Part shown: positions 26,319 through 33,935 of the stretch, piece by piece
Layout: the number at the start of each line of letters is the position of its first letter
Position numbering within the stretch: position 1 is the stretch's first letter
Source: a virus
Length of the DNA: 50,354 nucleotides
Direction: 5' to 3' (one strand)
Virus record (IMG/VR): IMGVR_UViG_3300020138_000002
Coordinates: 1-50,354 of that record
Position numbers and translations under genes: made by a program
The notes under the pieces: generated by a model
Seen by the model: the letters and a program-made list of their open reading frames with translations, nothing else
Told to the model about the DNA's origin: nothing
Databases searched by the model: none

Positions 26319-26792
26319 CTACTCCTGCCACGATCGTTCAGCGCCCGCTGATGCGGCTCGAGCGCGCGTGACGTCGTTGATTGCCTCGGTGGTGGACGCG
26401 ATGGTCCCGTGCACGGTGTTTACCGCGGCGGCGGCGGAGAGCCATACGACGAGTTGTGTGCCGCTCCAGTCGTGTCCTGGCCACAGGATGTAGACGACGG
26501 CGAAGACGATGAGTGAGATCCACCAGCCGATGCACCAAGCGCACGAGACGAATGTTTCCGCTGGTCCTTTCCGGTCTTTGGTGTGGTCGGCGATGGTGAC
26601 GGTCACGATCTCGTCGTCGTTCTCGTTGTCGGCGTCGATCGGCGGGAGGTCATCAACAACTTCGGGCTGTTTGTCGACACGGTGACGGACCCACCTGCGG
26701 AGGGGCGCGGTGATGACGTCCCGGGTGATGAGGCGGGTGGCACGGGCAGATATGGCGGCCGCCGCGAGCATCATGATCCACTCCGCATACAT
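26319..26792 (-). CDS. integral membrane protein, DUF1360-like (157 aa)
   Basis: N-terminal TM helix followed by RATRLITRDVITAPLRRWV, then FVSCAWCIGWWISLIVFAVVYILW and a further hydrophobic helix. This resembles DUF1360 as I recall it. Inserted between terL and the portal gene. Confidence 0.6.
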   Translation of the reverse strand: MYAEWIMMLAAAAISARATRLITRDVITAPLRRWVRHRVDKQPEVVDDLPPIDADNENDDEIVTVTIADHTKDRKGPAETFVSCAWCIGWWISLIVFAVVYILWPGHDWSGTQLVVWLSAAAAVNTVHGTIASTTEAINDVTRARAASAGAERSWQE

Positions 26793-26835
26793 GCCAAGAG
26801 TTTACGTCACATAGACGAGAAAGACGATGGGACGG

Positions 26836-28350
26836 TTACCGACGACGACCACCACGACGCATATAGTCACTCGGCCGCATGACGTTCTCATACCCCGGAC
26901 TGTCTCGCGGCTGGTAGATAGCCGTCACCCCCCACACGAACGCGTCCATGTTGTCCGGAGAATCTGCCGACCCGGCCTGGTACGTCGTCATTTGCGACAC
27001 GATCGTGTCCACCCCGCCCGGAGCGCCCCGGTCGAGAACGACCTCGCCGTTGATCATCCTTGTTGCGACCGGAGACGCCCGCGTCACTTTGCCTTTGGTC
27101 GCGGTCACGTCAGTGATCACCGGGCACGCCCCGGAGACGACCCCACGACGCAACGAGTCCGACCACGCCGAACGGATCACCTGCTCAACCGCCCGGCCGC
27201 CCTTGTTGCGTTCGTAAACGATCTCGTCGATGTCGAGGCTCGCGGCGAGCTCGATGACACGCGCCGACCACTTTTCGATCGGCCCGGTCATCGTGTAGTC
27301 GCCGAGACACCACACGATCCCGTCAGTGTCGGCGCCGACATGCACGATCCCGGTCGCGTCGTTCGCGCCGGCGTCGAGACTGTCAGCGTCGGACGGGTCG
27401 ACGGCGAGAATGTCACGGACCATGACCGTGTCGCCTCGGTCGCGTATCGCGCGTTCGGCCTGGTCGAGCGTGAGGATCGCGGCTACATCAGTCGGTGGCA
27501 ACGCCTGGAACATCGCCAACCAGTCGCGCGGATGCTGGCCACGTCGCTGCTCCTCCCACCACGCGATCGATTCGTCGCGGGTGAGAACGTGTCGCCGGAT
27601 CTGGTCGGCTCGGCGGATCGGGTCACCGGGTGCACGCCCGAGTGGGTCATCGGCGCGGTCGGCGAGCGCCGGTATCCGAAGCACCCGAACTAGGCCGCCG
27701 TCTTCTCGGCGCCCGTACCGTTGGATCAGGACCTGCGATGGCTCTAGATGGTGCCAGAGTGTCCCGGTGTAGATGAGGGGCGCTCCGGGTGACCGCCTGG
27801 TGAGCGCCCCGGTCGTGATGTTGGCGAGGATTTTCGCCCGGTACCGCGCCGAATCCGCTTCTTCCCGGTTTTTCAGGTAGTCGTCGAGCAGGATCACGGT
27901 CGCCGGGTGGCCGGTGACACCGCCTTGGAGGCCAGCGGAGTACACCTCGCCGCCGCCGTCGATCGACCACTCTTTCGCGGACTTCGCGCCCCGCCGAAGA
28001 CGAAGACCGAGCAGTCCCCCGTAGGTTTCGACGAGCGACCTGATCGCGACACCGTTCCTGACCGCGTAGTCCTCATTGTACGACAAAACGACGATCTGGT
28101 GGGACGGGTTCCGCGCTAGCAGCCACAACGCCGTCCACTGGATCGCCGTCACGGTTTTACCGACCTGCGGTGGCGTGTTGATCGCGATCCAGTACCGGCC
28201 GTCGACGGCGGCTCGAATCTCTCGAGAGATCACGTCGGCGTGGTCGAGCCGCAGGTACGACGTGTCGAGTAGGTACGCCAACGCGGCGGGGCCTTCCTCG
28301 ATGGCGGTGAGCAGCGCCAGCTCGAACTTTTCGTCGTCGGTCAGCATCAC
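26836..28350 (-). CDS. terL: terminase large subunit (504 aa)
   Basis: Walker A context WIAINTPPQVGKTVTAIQW. A nuclease-half Asp-rich motif (LAVDPSDADS...GIVHVGAD). 4-nt overlap with terS. Confidence 0.85.
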   Translation of the reverse strand: MMLTDDEKFELALLTAIEEGPAALAYLLDTSYLRLDHADVISREIRAAVDGRYWIAINTPPQVGKTVTAIQWTALWLLARNPSHQIVVLSYNEDYAVRNGVAIRSLVETYGGLLGLRLRRGAKSAKEWSIDGGGEVYSAGLQGGVTGHPATVILLDDYLKNREEADSARYRAKILANITTGALTRRSPGAPLIYTGTLWHHLEPSQVLIQRYGRREDGGLVRVLRIPALADRADDPLGRAPGDPIRRADQIRRHVLTRDESIAWWEEQRRGQHPRDWLAMFQALPPTDVAAILTLDQAERAIRDRGDTVMVRDILAVDPSDADSLDAGANDATGIVHVGADTDGIVWCLGDYTMTGPIEKWSARVIELAASLDIDEIVYERNKGGRAVEQVIRSAWSDSLRRGVVSGACPVITDVTATKGKVTRASPVATRMINGEVVLDRGAPGGVDTIVSQMTTYQAGSADSPDNMDAFVWGVTAIYQPRDSPGYENVMRPSDYMRRGGRRR

Positions 28351-28823
28351 GTGTCCCGTGCGCGGGAGATGAGTTCGGCGATCCGGTCGGCGCGGACGGT
28401 GTCGGCGGCGGAGACCGTCAGGGATGTCTCTGATGCGACGGACCGTCCCATCCCGGTGAGGACGGCGCGTAGGACGCTGGCCTGTTGCTGGCTGATCACG
28501 CCGTCTTCGATCCCGTCGAGAACCTGCTGTGCTTTCTCCACGGCGGTCGCGAAGAGTCGTGTTGTAGCGGAGGCGACGTCAGCGCCGGCTCCGGACGCCG
28601 CCGACAGAGTGGCTTTCCCGCGTTCATCGGAGACACGCATGTCCCATGCCGCGGCACGGGAAACCCAGTCGTTCCGTGCCGACAGGTTGCGAATCGTTCC
28701 GGGCTTGACTCCCTGTGACTCGGCAACGAGTTCGAGGTTACGAAGAGCGGGCGGCATATCCCGGTAGATCGTGTACCGGCGATACGCCTCCGCTGTCTCG
28801 TTCGGTAGACGGTCATCGTCCAT
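28347..28823 (-). CDS. terS: terminase small subunit (158 aa)
   Basis: Directly upstream of terL and overlapping it. N-terminal HTH-like region (ETAEAYRRYTIYRDMPPALRNLELVAESQGVKPGTIRNLSARNDW). Confidence 0.7.
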   Translation of the reverse strand: MDDDRLPNETAEAYRRYTIYRDMPPALRNLELVAESQGVKPGTIRNLSARNDWVSRAAAWDMRVSDERGKATLSAASGAGADVASATTRLFATAVEKAQQVLDGIEDGVISQQQASVLRAVLTGMGRSVASETSLTVSAADTVRADRIAELISRARDT

Positions 28824-28844
28824 ACCGCAAGATTAGGTCACGGT

Positions 28845-28875
28845 CATGTCATAACCATGTCATAACCATGTCACA
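28845..28875. repeat. 11-bp tandem repeat catgtcataac, about 2.8 copies, between and overlapping the LPXTG gene stop codon and the terS start codon
   Basis: Read directly: catgtcataac (28845-55), catgtcataac (28856-66), catgtcaca (28867-75). This is a locally AT-rich island. Confidence 0.85.
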
Positions 28876-29144
28876 CTTCGGCGCCTGGTGATGAGGATGA
28901 TGACGGCGGCCGCGACGATCAGAGCAAGCCCGATACCAGCAAGAATGAGTGTCGATGACCCAGTGACCGGCAGCGTCGGTTCGTCGACAGGGCCCGAGTC
29001 GGGTACCTCGATCGTGGTAGTCGTCGGGAGAGGCTCGGTAGGTGCGTCGGTGACGACCGGTTCGCTGCTGGGGTCGGGGCAGGTACCGGACGCGACCGCG
29101 TCGGGATGCGGTGTCGGTTTGCACTCGGGCGTGGGCTCGTTCAT
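28860..29144 (-). CDS. small Pro/Thr-rich protein with a C-terminal LPXTG-type sorting signal (94 aa)
   Basis: The C-terminus LPVTG-SSTLILAGIGLALIVAAAVIILIT-RRRS is the tripartite sortase signal: LPxTG, a hydrophobic span, then a basic tail. No N-terminal signal peptide, and no in-frame upstream start before a stop codon. It is the first gene of the late operon. Confidence 0.6.
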   Translation of the reverse strand: MNEPTPECKPTPHPDAVASGTCPDPSSEPVVTDAPTEPLPTTTTIEVPDSGPVDEPTLPVTGSSTLILAGIGLALIVAAAVIILITRRRSVTWL

Positions 29145-29210
29145 CCCGAGATCGTAAGCGCGTCGCCACGGGTTGGTGCTCGTGTCGGTGGGGGCGTGTC
29201 GGGCACGAAC

Positions 29211-29242
29211 GAGGGCGCTAGAGGTATTCCTCTAGCGCCCTC
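29211..29242 (-). terminator. hairpin terminating the three-gene paralogue operon
   Basis: A perfect 14-bp stem: gagggcgctagagg (29211-24) with cctctagcgccctc (29229-42), loop tatt. It lies 70 nt downstream of the stop codon at 29313. Confidence 0.65.
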
Positions 29243-29312
29243 AGCATGGGACGGTACGACGGGAGATCGTCGCTAACGGTGGCCTGCCGGATCCTCCGTA
29301 CCGGTCATGATC

Positions 29313-30221
29313 CTACTGGTCCGTCATCGCGTCTTTGAGGATTTTCGAGATCCGTCCCTGGCTGATTCCGAGCTCATTGGCGGCTTTGATCTGGCTCCCG
29401 TGCTCCATGAACATTGCCTTCACTTGACGCTTTCGGGCATCCCGGATGTCGGGTTGAACTTTGCGTCGGACCATGTTGGAGACGACGGCGAGCGACTCAA
29501 ACGCCGACTTCGACGGGTCGGTCTCCTCAGCGATGATGTCGACGAGGTTGCTGGCGGCGACAGCGGCTTTGATGAGCGTCGGGACCGTGTCGTTGTGAAG
29601 TTCGATTCGACCGCGGTAGGCGAGCTCGAATGCCTCCTCTGGGGTGAGGACGTCGTAGAAGTCGTCGTTGATGTCACGGCGAAGATAGGTGCCGGCATCA
29701 GTGACCCACATCTGAACGGGATCACATGTGTCGAGCGAGATCGGTTGGTTCGTGACGCCGATGGGGCGGATCCGGTCGTAGTCGAACGCGACCGCGTTAC
29801 GCCAGTTTCGTTCGCCGTTGAACGCGATCCACCATGACGTTCCCTGACGGAACCGGTCACCCTCGCATGCGATCCGGAAGTTCTTCATGAAGTACCTGTC
29901 GATGGTGGTCGACTTGATCATTTCGGATTTTGGTGCGTCCTCGTCGAGCTGGAGAACTCGGTGCGGGTTGAACATGTCCATGGGAGGGATCGGGGTTTCG
30001 AGCCGCGCAGTGGAGCTGATCGCTGTGAGCGATTCACGGGTGCACGCGGTCAAATTCGGGTCGAAGTTGCGGTCCGGACGGTACTCGATGTGCCACCCTT
30101 CGGGGCCGAGGACGATCGCCGAGTATGGGTTTGCCGTGTCCTCGCTGTGGGTGCGTTGCCGGCCCTGGTTGTTGTTTCCGACCCTGAGGGCGCTGAGCAT
30201 GTCGCAGGTGATGGTCAACAT
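29313..30221 (-). CDS. paralogue B: unknown N-terminal domain plus a C-terminal Fis-type HTH (302 aa)
   Basis: The C-terminus EHGSQIKAANELGISQGRISKILK resembles HTH_8 (Fis-type). Blocks shared with 30251..31084 include IVLGPEGWHIEY / IVLGEEGWEVTY, LTACTRESL / LTACTKENL, NAVAFDYDR / DAVAFDASR, and VTDAGTYL / ITETGTYL. Confidence 0.65.
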   Translation of the reverse strand: MLTITCDMLSALRVGNNNQGRQRTHSEDTANPYSAIVLGPEGWHIEYRPDRNFDPNLTACTRESLTAISSTARLETPIPPMDMFNPHRVLQLDEDAPKSEMIKSTTIDRYFMKNFRIACEGDRFRQGTSWWIAFNGERNWRNAVAFDYDRIRPIGVTNQPISLDTCDPVQMWVTDAGTYLRRDINDDFYDVLTPEEAFELAYRGRIELHNDTVPTLIKAAVAASNLVDIIAEETDPSKSAFESLAVVSNMVRRKVQPDIRDARKRQVKAMFMEHGSQIKAANELGISQGRISKILKDAMTDQ

Positions 30222-30250
30222 GGGGTGTCTCCTTCGCGGATTGATTGGGG

Positions 30251-31084
30251 TTAGGACACGATCTGGGCGACGCGTTCCTGCGTGATCCCGAGGATTTCAG
30301 CGGCGGCGGTCTGGGTGCCGTACGCGGTGACGAGATTCCGGGCGTGTGTGGCCCGGGCGCGGCGCAGGTCCGGCAGGACAAGCCCGCGGATCACATCGGA
30401 CAGAGCACCGAGCGTCCTAACGGCTTCGGCAGATTCTTCGCGTGCGTCCCATGCCCTCCGCTGGCGCTCCTCGTCGTCGGGGTGGTCGATGACGTCGACG
30501 TGGCCGGGGAGGGCGCGGGCCTGGTAGACCACGGTCTGGATTGTCTCGGCGATCTCGATGAGCATGGGCTGCTCGGTGTACATGAGCTGCATGCCATCGC
30601 GGTAGACGGCGGCGAATGCGGCGAATGCGTCGATGACCCGGTACGTGTCGCGGCCGTGGTAGAGGTAGGTGCCGGTCTCGGTGATCCACAGCGATTCGTT
30701 TTTTTCGACGGCGACAGCGAGTCGCCGTGCCCGACTGGCGTCGAACGCGACCGCGTCGCCCCACCTCTCGATAGGGTCGCCGACGTTGGTGTACGCGATG
30801 CGCCAGTCGGCGCCGCTGGTGCGGGTGACCTCGGTCGGGATCGTGTACTCGGTGAGCTCAGCGGCGAACGCTCGAATGAGGGTGTCGTCGAGGGGTTCAC
30901 CGTCGCCGTACGAGTCGAGATTCTCCTTCGTGCACGCGGTCAGGTGGGCGGGGAGGCCGTCAACGTCGTACGTGACCTCCCATCCCTCCTCGCCGAGGAC
31001 GATCCCGATGTTGGCCCATTCGACGACCCCGACGGTCGTGTCCTGGAGTTCGCGGACGAGTTCAGGTGTGATGGACAGACTCAT
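30251..31084 (-). CDS. paralogue A: unknown N-terminal domain plus a C-terminal HTH (277 aa)
   Basis: The C-terminus AYGTQTAAAEILGITQERVAQIVS is an HTH. Collinear motif blocks are shared with 29313..30221 (see that entry). Confidence 0.65.
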   Translation of the reverse strand: MSLSITPELVRELQDTTVGVVEWANIGIVLGEEGWEVTYDVDGLPAHLTACTKENLDSYGDGEPLDDTLIRAFAAELTEYTIPTEVTRTSGADWRIAYTNVGDPIERWGDAVAFDASRARRLAVAVEKNESLWITETGTYLYHGRDTYRVIDAFAAFAAVYRDGMQLMYTEQPMLIEIAETIQTVVYQARALPGHVDVIDHPDDEERQRRAWDAREESAEAVRTLGALSDVIRGLVLPDLRRARATHARNLVTAYGTQTAAAEILGITQERVAQIVS

Positions 31085-31117
31085 AGCGGTTCTCCCTATC
31101 GGTGGTTTCAGGTGCGG

Positions 31118-31540
31118 TTACTGGTTGGTGATGCCGTGGGCGCGGAGGCACTGGCGGACCCGGTTGAGGAGGTCGTCGGAGTCCATGGCCCGCGGCTCCC
31201 ACGCGCCCGCCTTGAGGTGCAGGGTGTCCTCCTCATCCAGCCAGACCTTCGCGTACCGGAGCCAGTCGCGGACTTCGGTGGCCTTCGTGTTGCTGATGTA
31301 GTCGCCGTCGAGGATCGCGCTGGAGATGTTGCCGCTCTTGTACTGGTTGTATTCCAGGCCGGACAGTTCGAGGAGGTTGTTGATGTAGAGGCGACGCTCG
31401 CCGGTGCCGGGGTGACGCCACTCGTTCACGTCGGGTTTCGGGGTGGTGGTGGCGAACGCTTCCGCGCATTTTTCGGATGCCTCGGCGTAGGCGCGGTAGG
31501 CGGCGCTGGTCTGGGTCCAGTGGCGGTAGGCGTCGTTCAC
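31118..31540 (-). CDS. hypothetical protein (140 aa), first gene of the paralogue operon
   Basis: The track ORF 31118..31720 is trimmed to GTG 31540, with RBS GAGGAGCACACC. The upstream ATG at 31603 lies inside the promoter -10 element. Confidence 0.5.
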   Translation of the reverse strand: MNDAYRHWTQTSAAYRAYAEASEKCAEAFATTTPKPDVNEWRHPGTGERRLYINNLLELSGLEYNQYKSGNISSAILDGDYISNTKATEVRDWLRYAKVWLDEEDTLHLKAGAWEPRAMDSDDLLNRVRQCLRAHGITNQ

Positions 31541-31598
31541 GGTGTGCTCCTCATGACCGGCCGGGGTTTCCCGGGGGATCGTGTTGCTGTCAGGATCA

Positions 31599-31632
31599 AC
31601 CATACCACGATTATTCCAGTAATGGAATAGGG
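31599..31632 (-). promoter_or_regulatory. promoter (extended -10 TGGTATGGT, degenerate -35) for the operon 31540..29313
   Basis: The minus strand reads ...ccccctattccattactggaataatcgTGGTATGGTtgatcc. The -10 block is identical to that of the conserved early promoters; the -35 is poor. Confidence 0.5.
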
Positions 31633-31661
31633 GGTCGGGTTTCGTGCCGACGAGAACGAAA

Positions 31662-31691
31662 AGGGGCCCCCACCTACTGGTGAGAGCCCCT
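31662..31691 (-). terminator. imperfect hairpin plus T-run ending the upstream minus-strand operon
   Basis: aggggc (31662-67) pairs with gcccct (31686-91), with inner cacc/ggtg pairing. On the minus strand it is followed by ttttcgttctcg. Confidence 0.4.
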
Positions 31692-31763
31692 GAGACCCCG
31701 GCAAAATAACCGACGATCACACGCTATCGAACGCGTGAATCACGATCGTTCCTGGACACCGCG

Positions 31764-31988
31764 TTACCCCCTGAACATGGTGGGCAGTTGGTCGAGAACG
31801 ATCAGAACCGTCTTTTTCGCGGTCGCCTTGATCGTCAACTCGTACCCATTGGGGGCGACGCCGGTGATCGTGTACCGGGGCAACCAGTTCCTGAGCGTCG
31901 CCGGCTCGGTGGTGATCGCGACGTTTGTCCACCCGGCCGCCTTGACCTTTTCGATCCGGTCGGCGATGCGCTTGTTCATGGGGGTCAT
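31764..31988 (-). CDS. hypothetical protein (74 aa)
   Basis: Trimmed to ATG 31988 with RBS CGAGGAGACGAC (MTPMNKRIADRIEKVKAAGW...). The N-terminal extension in the track is Arg/Pro-rich and is not real coding sequence. Confidence 0.55.
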   Translation of the reverse strand: MTPMNKRIADRIEKVKAAGWTNVAITTEPATLRNWLPRYTITGVAPNGYELTIKATAKKTVLIVLDQLPTMFRG

Positions 31989-32116
31989 GTCGTCTCCTCG
32001 TCGTCGTTGATGATGGTGTGTCGGATGTCGTTGGCGGCGTCGCGGTCGATTCGGTCCTGGTCGTGTCCGGGTCGGGGCGAGCGGGCGTCGCGTTGTCGTG
32101 GGATGGATCGGGTCAC
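31985..32116 (-). CDS. possible micro-protein (43 aa)
   Basis: GTG 32116 is preceded by CAGGAGGAACACC. The ORF ends in an ATGA overlap with the next gene. Below the track size cutoff. Confidence 0.35.
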   Translation of the reverse strand: MTRSIPRQRDARSPRPGHDQDRIDRDAANDIRHTIINDDEETT

Positions 32117-32223
32117 GGTGTTCCTCCTGTGCACGTGTCGCGGTCAAGCTCGAATAGGGGAACGGCTTCGTCGTTCCTCGCCTCGATCAGCCGGGAACGG
32201 TCGCTGTCGTTGTTGTCGGTCAC
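32113..32223 (-). CDS. possible micro-protein (36 aa)
   Basis: GTG 32223 forms a GTGA overlap with the WDGH gene stop codon. Its own TGA overlaps GTG 32116. Product: MTDNNDSDRSRLIEARNDEAVPLFELDRDTCTGGTP. Confidence 0.3.
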   Translation of the reverse strand: MTDNNDSDRSRLIEARNDEAVPLFELDRDTCTGGTP

Positions 32224-32951
32224 AGGTCCCACCCGTAGAGTCGTGCAGCGGTGACAAGGTCGCTGATGGACGGGTTGAGCGCTGTCGTGGTGAGCGTCCC
32301 GGGTCCGTAGACCTTGACGCGGGCCCCGAATGTGTCGGCGTAGGTGATGTCGACCGCCAGCCCCGACTCGCTTCGGCACGACCAGGAGATGAAGTCGGAA
32401 CCGCTGACGTGCTCGCACCGCACTCGCCGCAGAGGCGCCCCGGCATCGTGCAGGAATTTCAGCAGCTCGCGGAGGGTCGGCTGTCGGGTCTTGGCGCCTG
32501 CCATGGCGCGGAGCCGGTTGAGGACGTCGGCAGTCGTGTGCCCGTCCCACTTTTTCGGGGCGTCGACCTCGGGGCACCGGAACAGGTCCCAATGCTCGTC
32601 GGGGTAGTGCTGGGACACCTGCCCGGACGGCAGGTCCGCGTGGACGAGGAACCAGCCGCCGCCGAAACACAGTTCCCCGTCATGGTGGCGTCGGGATTTG
32701 ACGACCTGGACACCATCGGACAGCCACGCCCTGACGGCGTGAGCGTGGTAGAGCGCGCGGGCTTCGTAGAGTTCGGCGAACGTGTGGTACCCGTCGCTGA
32801 GGTTGTCGAGGTCGTGGCCGTCGCGGCGTGCGTTGTCGACGATCCCTTGGAGTACGGCGAACTCGACGTGCTCCAGGGCGGTGTTCTCGGCGTGCTTGTG
32901 GCGGATGAACGATTGCATGAACTCGGACCGTTTGTCGTCGCTGGTGCGCAT
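32220..32951 (-). CDS. WDGH-motif protein, function unknown (243 aa)
   Basis: DGYHTFAELYEARALYHAH...HHDGELCFGGGWFLVHADLPSGQVSQHY...KKWDGHT matches a phage family I recall being labelled as the WDGH domain. RBS AGGAGACCCAC-ATG. Confidence 0.55.
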   Translation of the reverse strand: MRTSDDKRSEFMQSFIRHKHAENTALEHVEFAVLQGIVDNARRDGHDLDNLSDGYHTFAELYEARALYHAHAVRAWLSDGVQVVKSRRHHDGELCFGGGWFLVHADLPSGQVSQHYPDEHWDLFRCPEVDAPKKWDGHTTADVLNRLRAMAGAKTRQPTLRELLKFLHDAGAPLRRVRCEHVSGSDFISWSCRSESGLAVDITYADTFGARVKVYGPGTLTTTALNPSISDLVTAARLYGWDL

Positions 32952-32960
32952 GTGGGTCTC

Positions 32961-33431
32961 CTATTTGCTGGATCGTGGGGTGAGGATCATTCGGATCGCC
33001 TGCCAGGGCGTTTTCGGCGCGTTGTTCGCGTTCTCGTTCGCTCGGCGGATCTCGTCGATCATCCGGTTGCAGGCGTTTCGTTTCGGCTCTTCCTCAAGGT
33101 CGTTGAGGATGCGGTGCCAGGTCGCTACGGTCGCGGTCCGATTAGTGCTGGGAGAGTTGTGGTACGCGTCGGCCATCTGATCTGTTGCGTGCTCGGCGAT
33201 CTCGTATCGCGTCATCCCACCTATGACGAGGTTTGATGCTTGGCGCAGGACAATGGCTTCGAAAAGTTTGATGTCGTAGTTGGTGAGGGTGTCCTCGTTC
33301 TGTTGGCGCTGCAAGATGCGATGGCCTTCGATGTCGAGTCCGGCGGCCTGGTTCATCCATCGGACGGCGAGGTACGACAGTTCAGTGTCCATGATGGGGA
33401 CGTCGGTGAAGTCGACGTTGTTGGTGGTCAT
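32961..33431 (-). CDS. hypothetical protein (156 aa)
   Basis: ATG preceded by GAGGAGAACCC (the conserved start context). Confidence 0.55.
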   Translation of the reverse strand: MTTNNVDFTDVPIMDTELSYLAVRWMNQAAGLDIEGHRILQRQQNEDTLTNYDIKLFEAIVLRQASNLVIGGMTRYEIAEHATDQMADAYHNSPSTNRTATVATWHRILNDLEEEPKRNACNRMIDEIRRANENANNAPKTPWQAIRMILTPRSSK

Positions 33432-33501
33432 GGGTTCTCCTCTCGGTGGGTGTTGCGGCTTGCACGGCCGCCACCACCATCAACTGGTGGTGACGACTGA
33501 G

Positions 33502-33618
33502 CTAGTCGCGGACGGACCGAGCGGACTTGTTGCGGATTCGGCCGGTGATGATGCGTCGGCCGGTGTTGATGTCGTATTCGCGGGTTTCGGTGGCGGTGAG
33601 TCGGATCTGGTAGGTCAT
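33502..33618 (-). CDS. possible micro-protein (38 aa)
   Basis: ATG 33618 lies 1 nt after the upstream stop codon. Product: MTYQIRLTATETREYDINTGRRIITGRIRNKSARSVRD. It fills an otherwise empty gap and is below the track cutoff. Confidence 0.3.
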   Translation of the reverse strand: MTYQIRLTATETREYDINTGRRIITGRIRNKSARSVRD

Positions 33619-33619
33619 G

Positions 33620-33862
33620 TCAGTCCCGGTCCATGGCGGCGGCGATCTCGTACATGGACGCGAACGTGTCGCGTCCGAGTAGGAGGATCAGCCAGATGGT
33701 GGCGGCGGGGAATGCGATGAGGGTGGGGACGAACATGTGGGTGCCGATGGCGGCGGTGTCGAGGATGGCGTTGGCGGTTCCGGCGAGTGCGGCGGCGATG
33801 CCGATGATGTTGGCGATGCATCGTGCGGTGTAGGTGGCGATGGTGGCGGTTTTGGATTTCAT
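33620..33862 (-). CDS. small two-TM membrane protein (80 aa)
   Basis: The track ORF 33620..34030 is trimmed to ATG 33862, preceded by AGGAGAACCACACGC and located 35 nt downstream of the promoter -10. Product MKSKTATIATYTARCIANIIGIAAALAGTANAIL...FVPTLIAFPAATIWLILLLG. Confidence 0.65.
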   Translation of the reverse strand: MKSKTATIATYTARCIANIIGIAAALAGTANAILDTAAIGTHMFVPTLIAFPAATIWLILLLGRDTFASMYEIAAAMDRD

Positions 33863-33896
33863 GCGTGTGGTTCTCCTATCGGATCGAACTACGTAC

Positions 33897-33925
33897 AACA
33901 TACCATGATTGTTTCTGTTCCGCAA
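33897..33925 (-). promoter_or_regulatory. conserved early-type promoter (minus strand): -35 TTGCGG, 17 nt, extended -10 TGGTATGTT
   Basis: The minus strand reads ccggTTGCGGaacagaaacaatcaTGGTATGTTgtacgtagttcgatccgatAGGAGAACCACacgcATG. The architecture matches the plus-strand copies. Confidence 0.7.
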
Positions 33926-33935
33926 CCGGGTGTGG

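Noticed and set aside
28849-29169. 106-aa minus-strand ORF overlapping the LPXTG gene in another frame
   Set aside because: It is an Arg/His-rich shadow frame. The 94-aa frame gives a coherent sorting signal and ends just before terS.
30245-33236. 461-aa and 482-aa plus-strand ORFs (30245..31630 and 31788..33236)
   Set aside because: They are antisense to a series of minus-strand genes that have the conserved promoter, RBS contexts and stop-start coupling. The plus-strand translations are Gly/Val/Arg/Asp-rich shadow frames.
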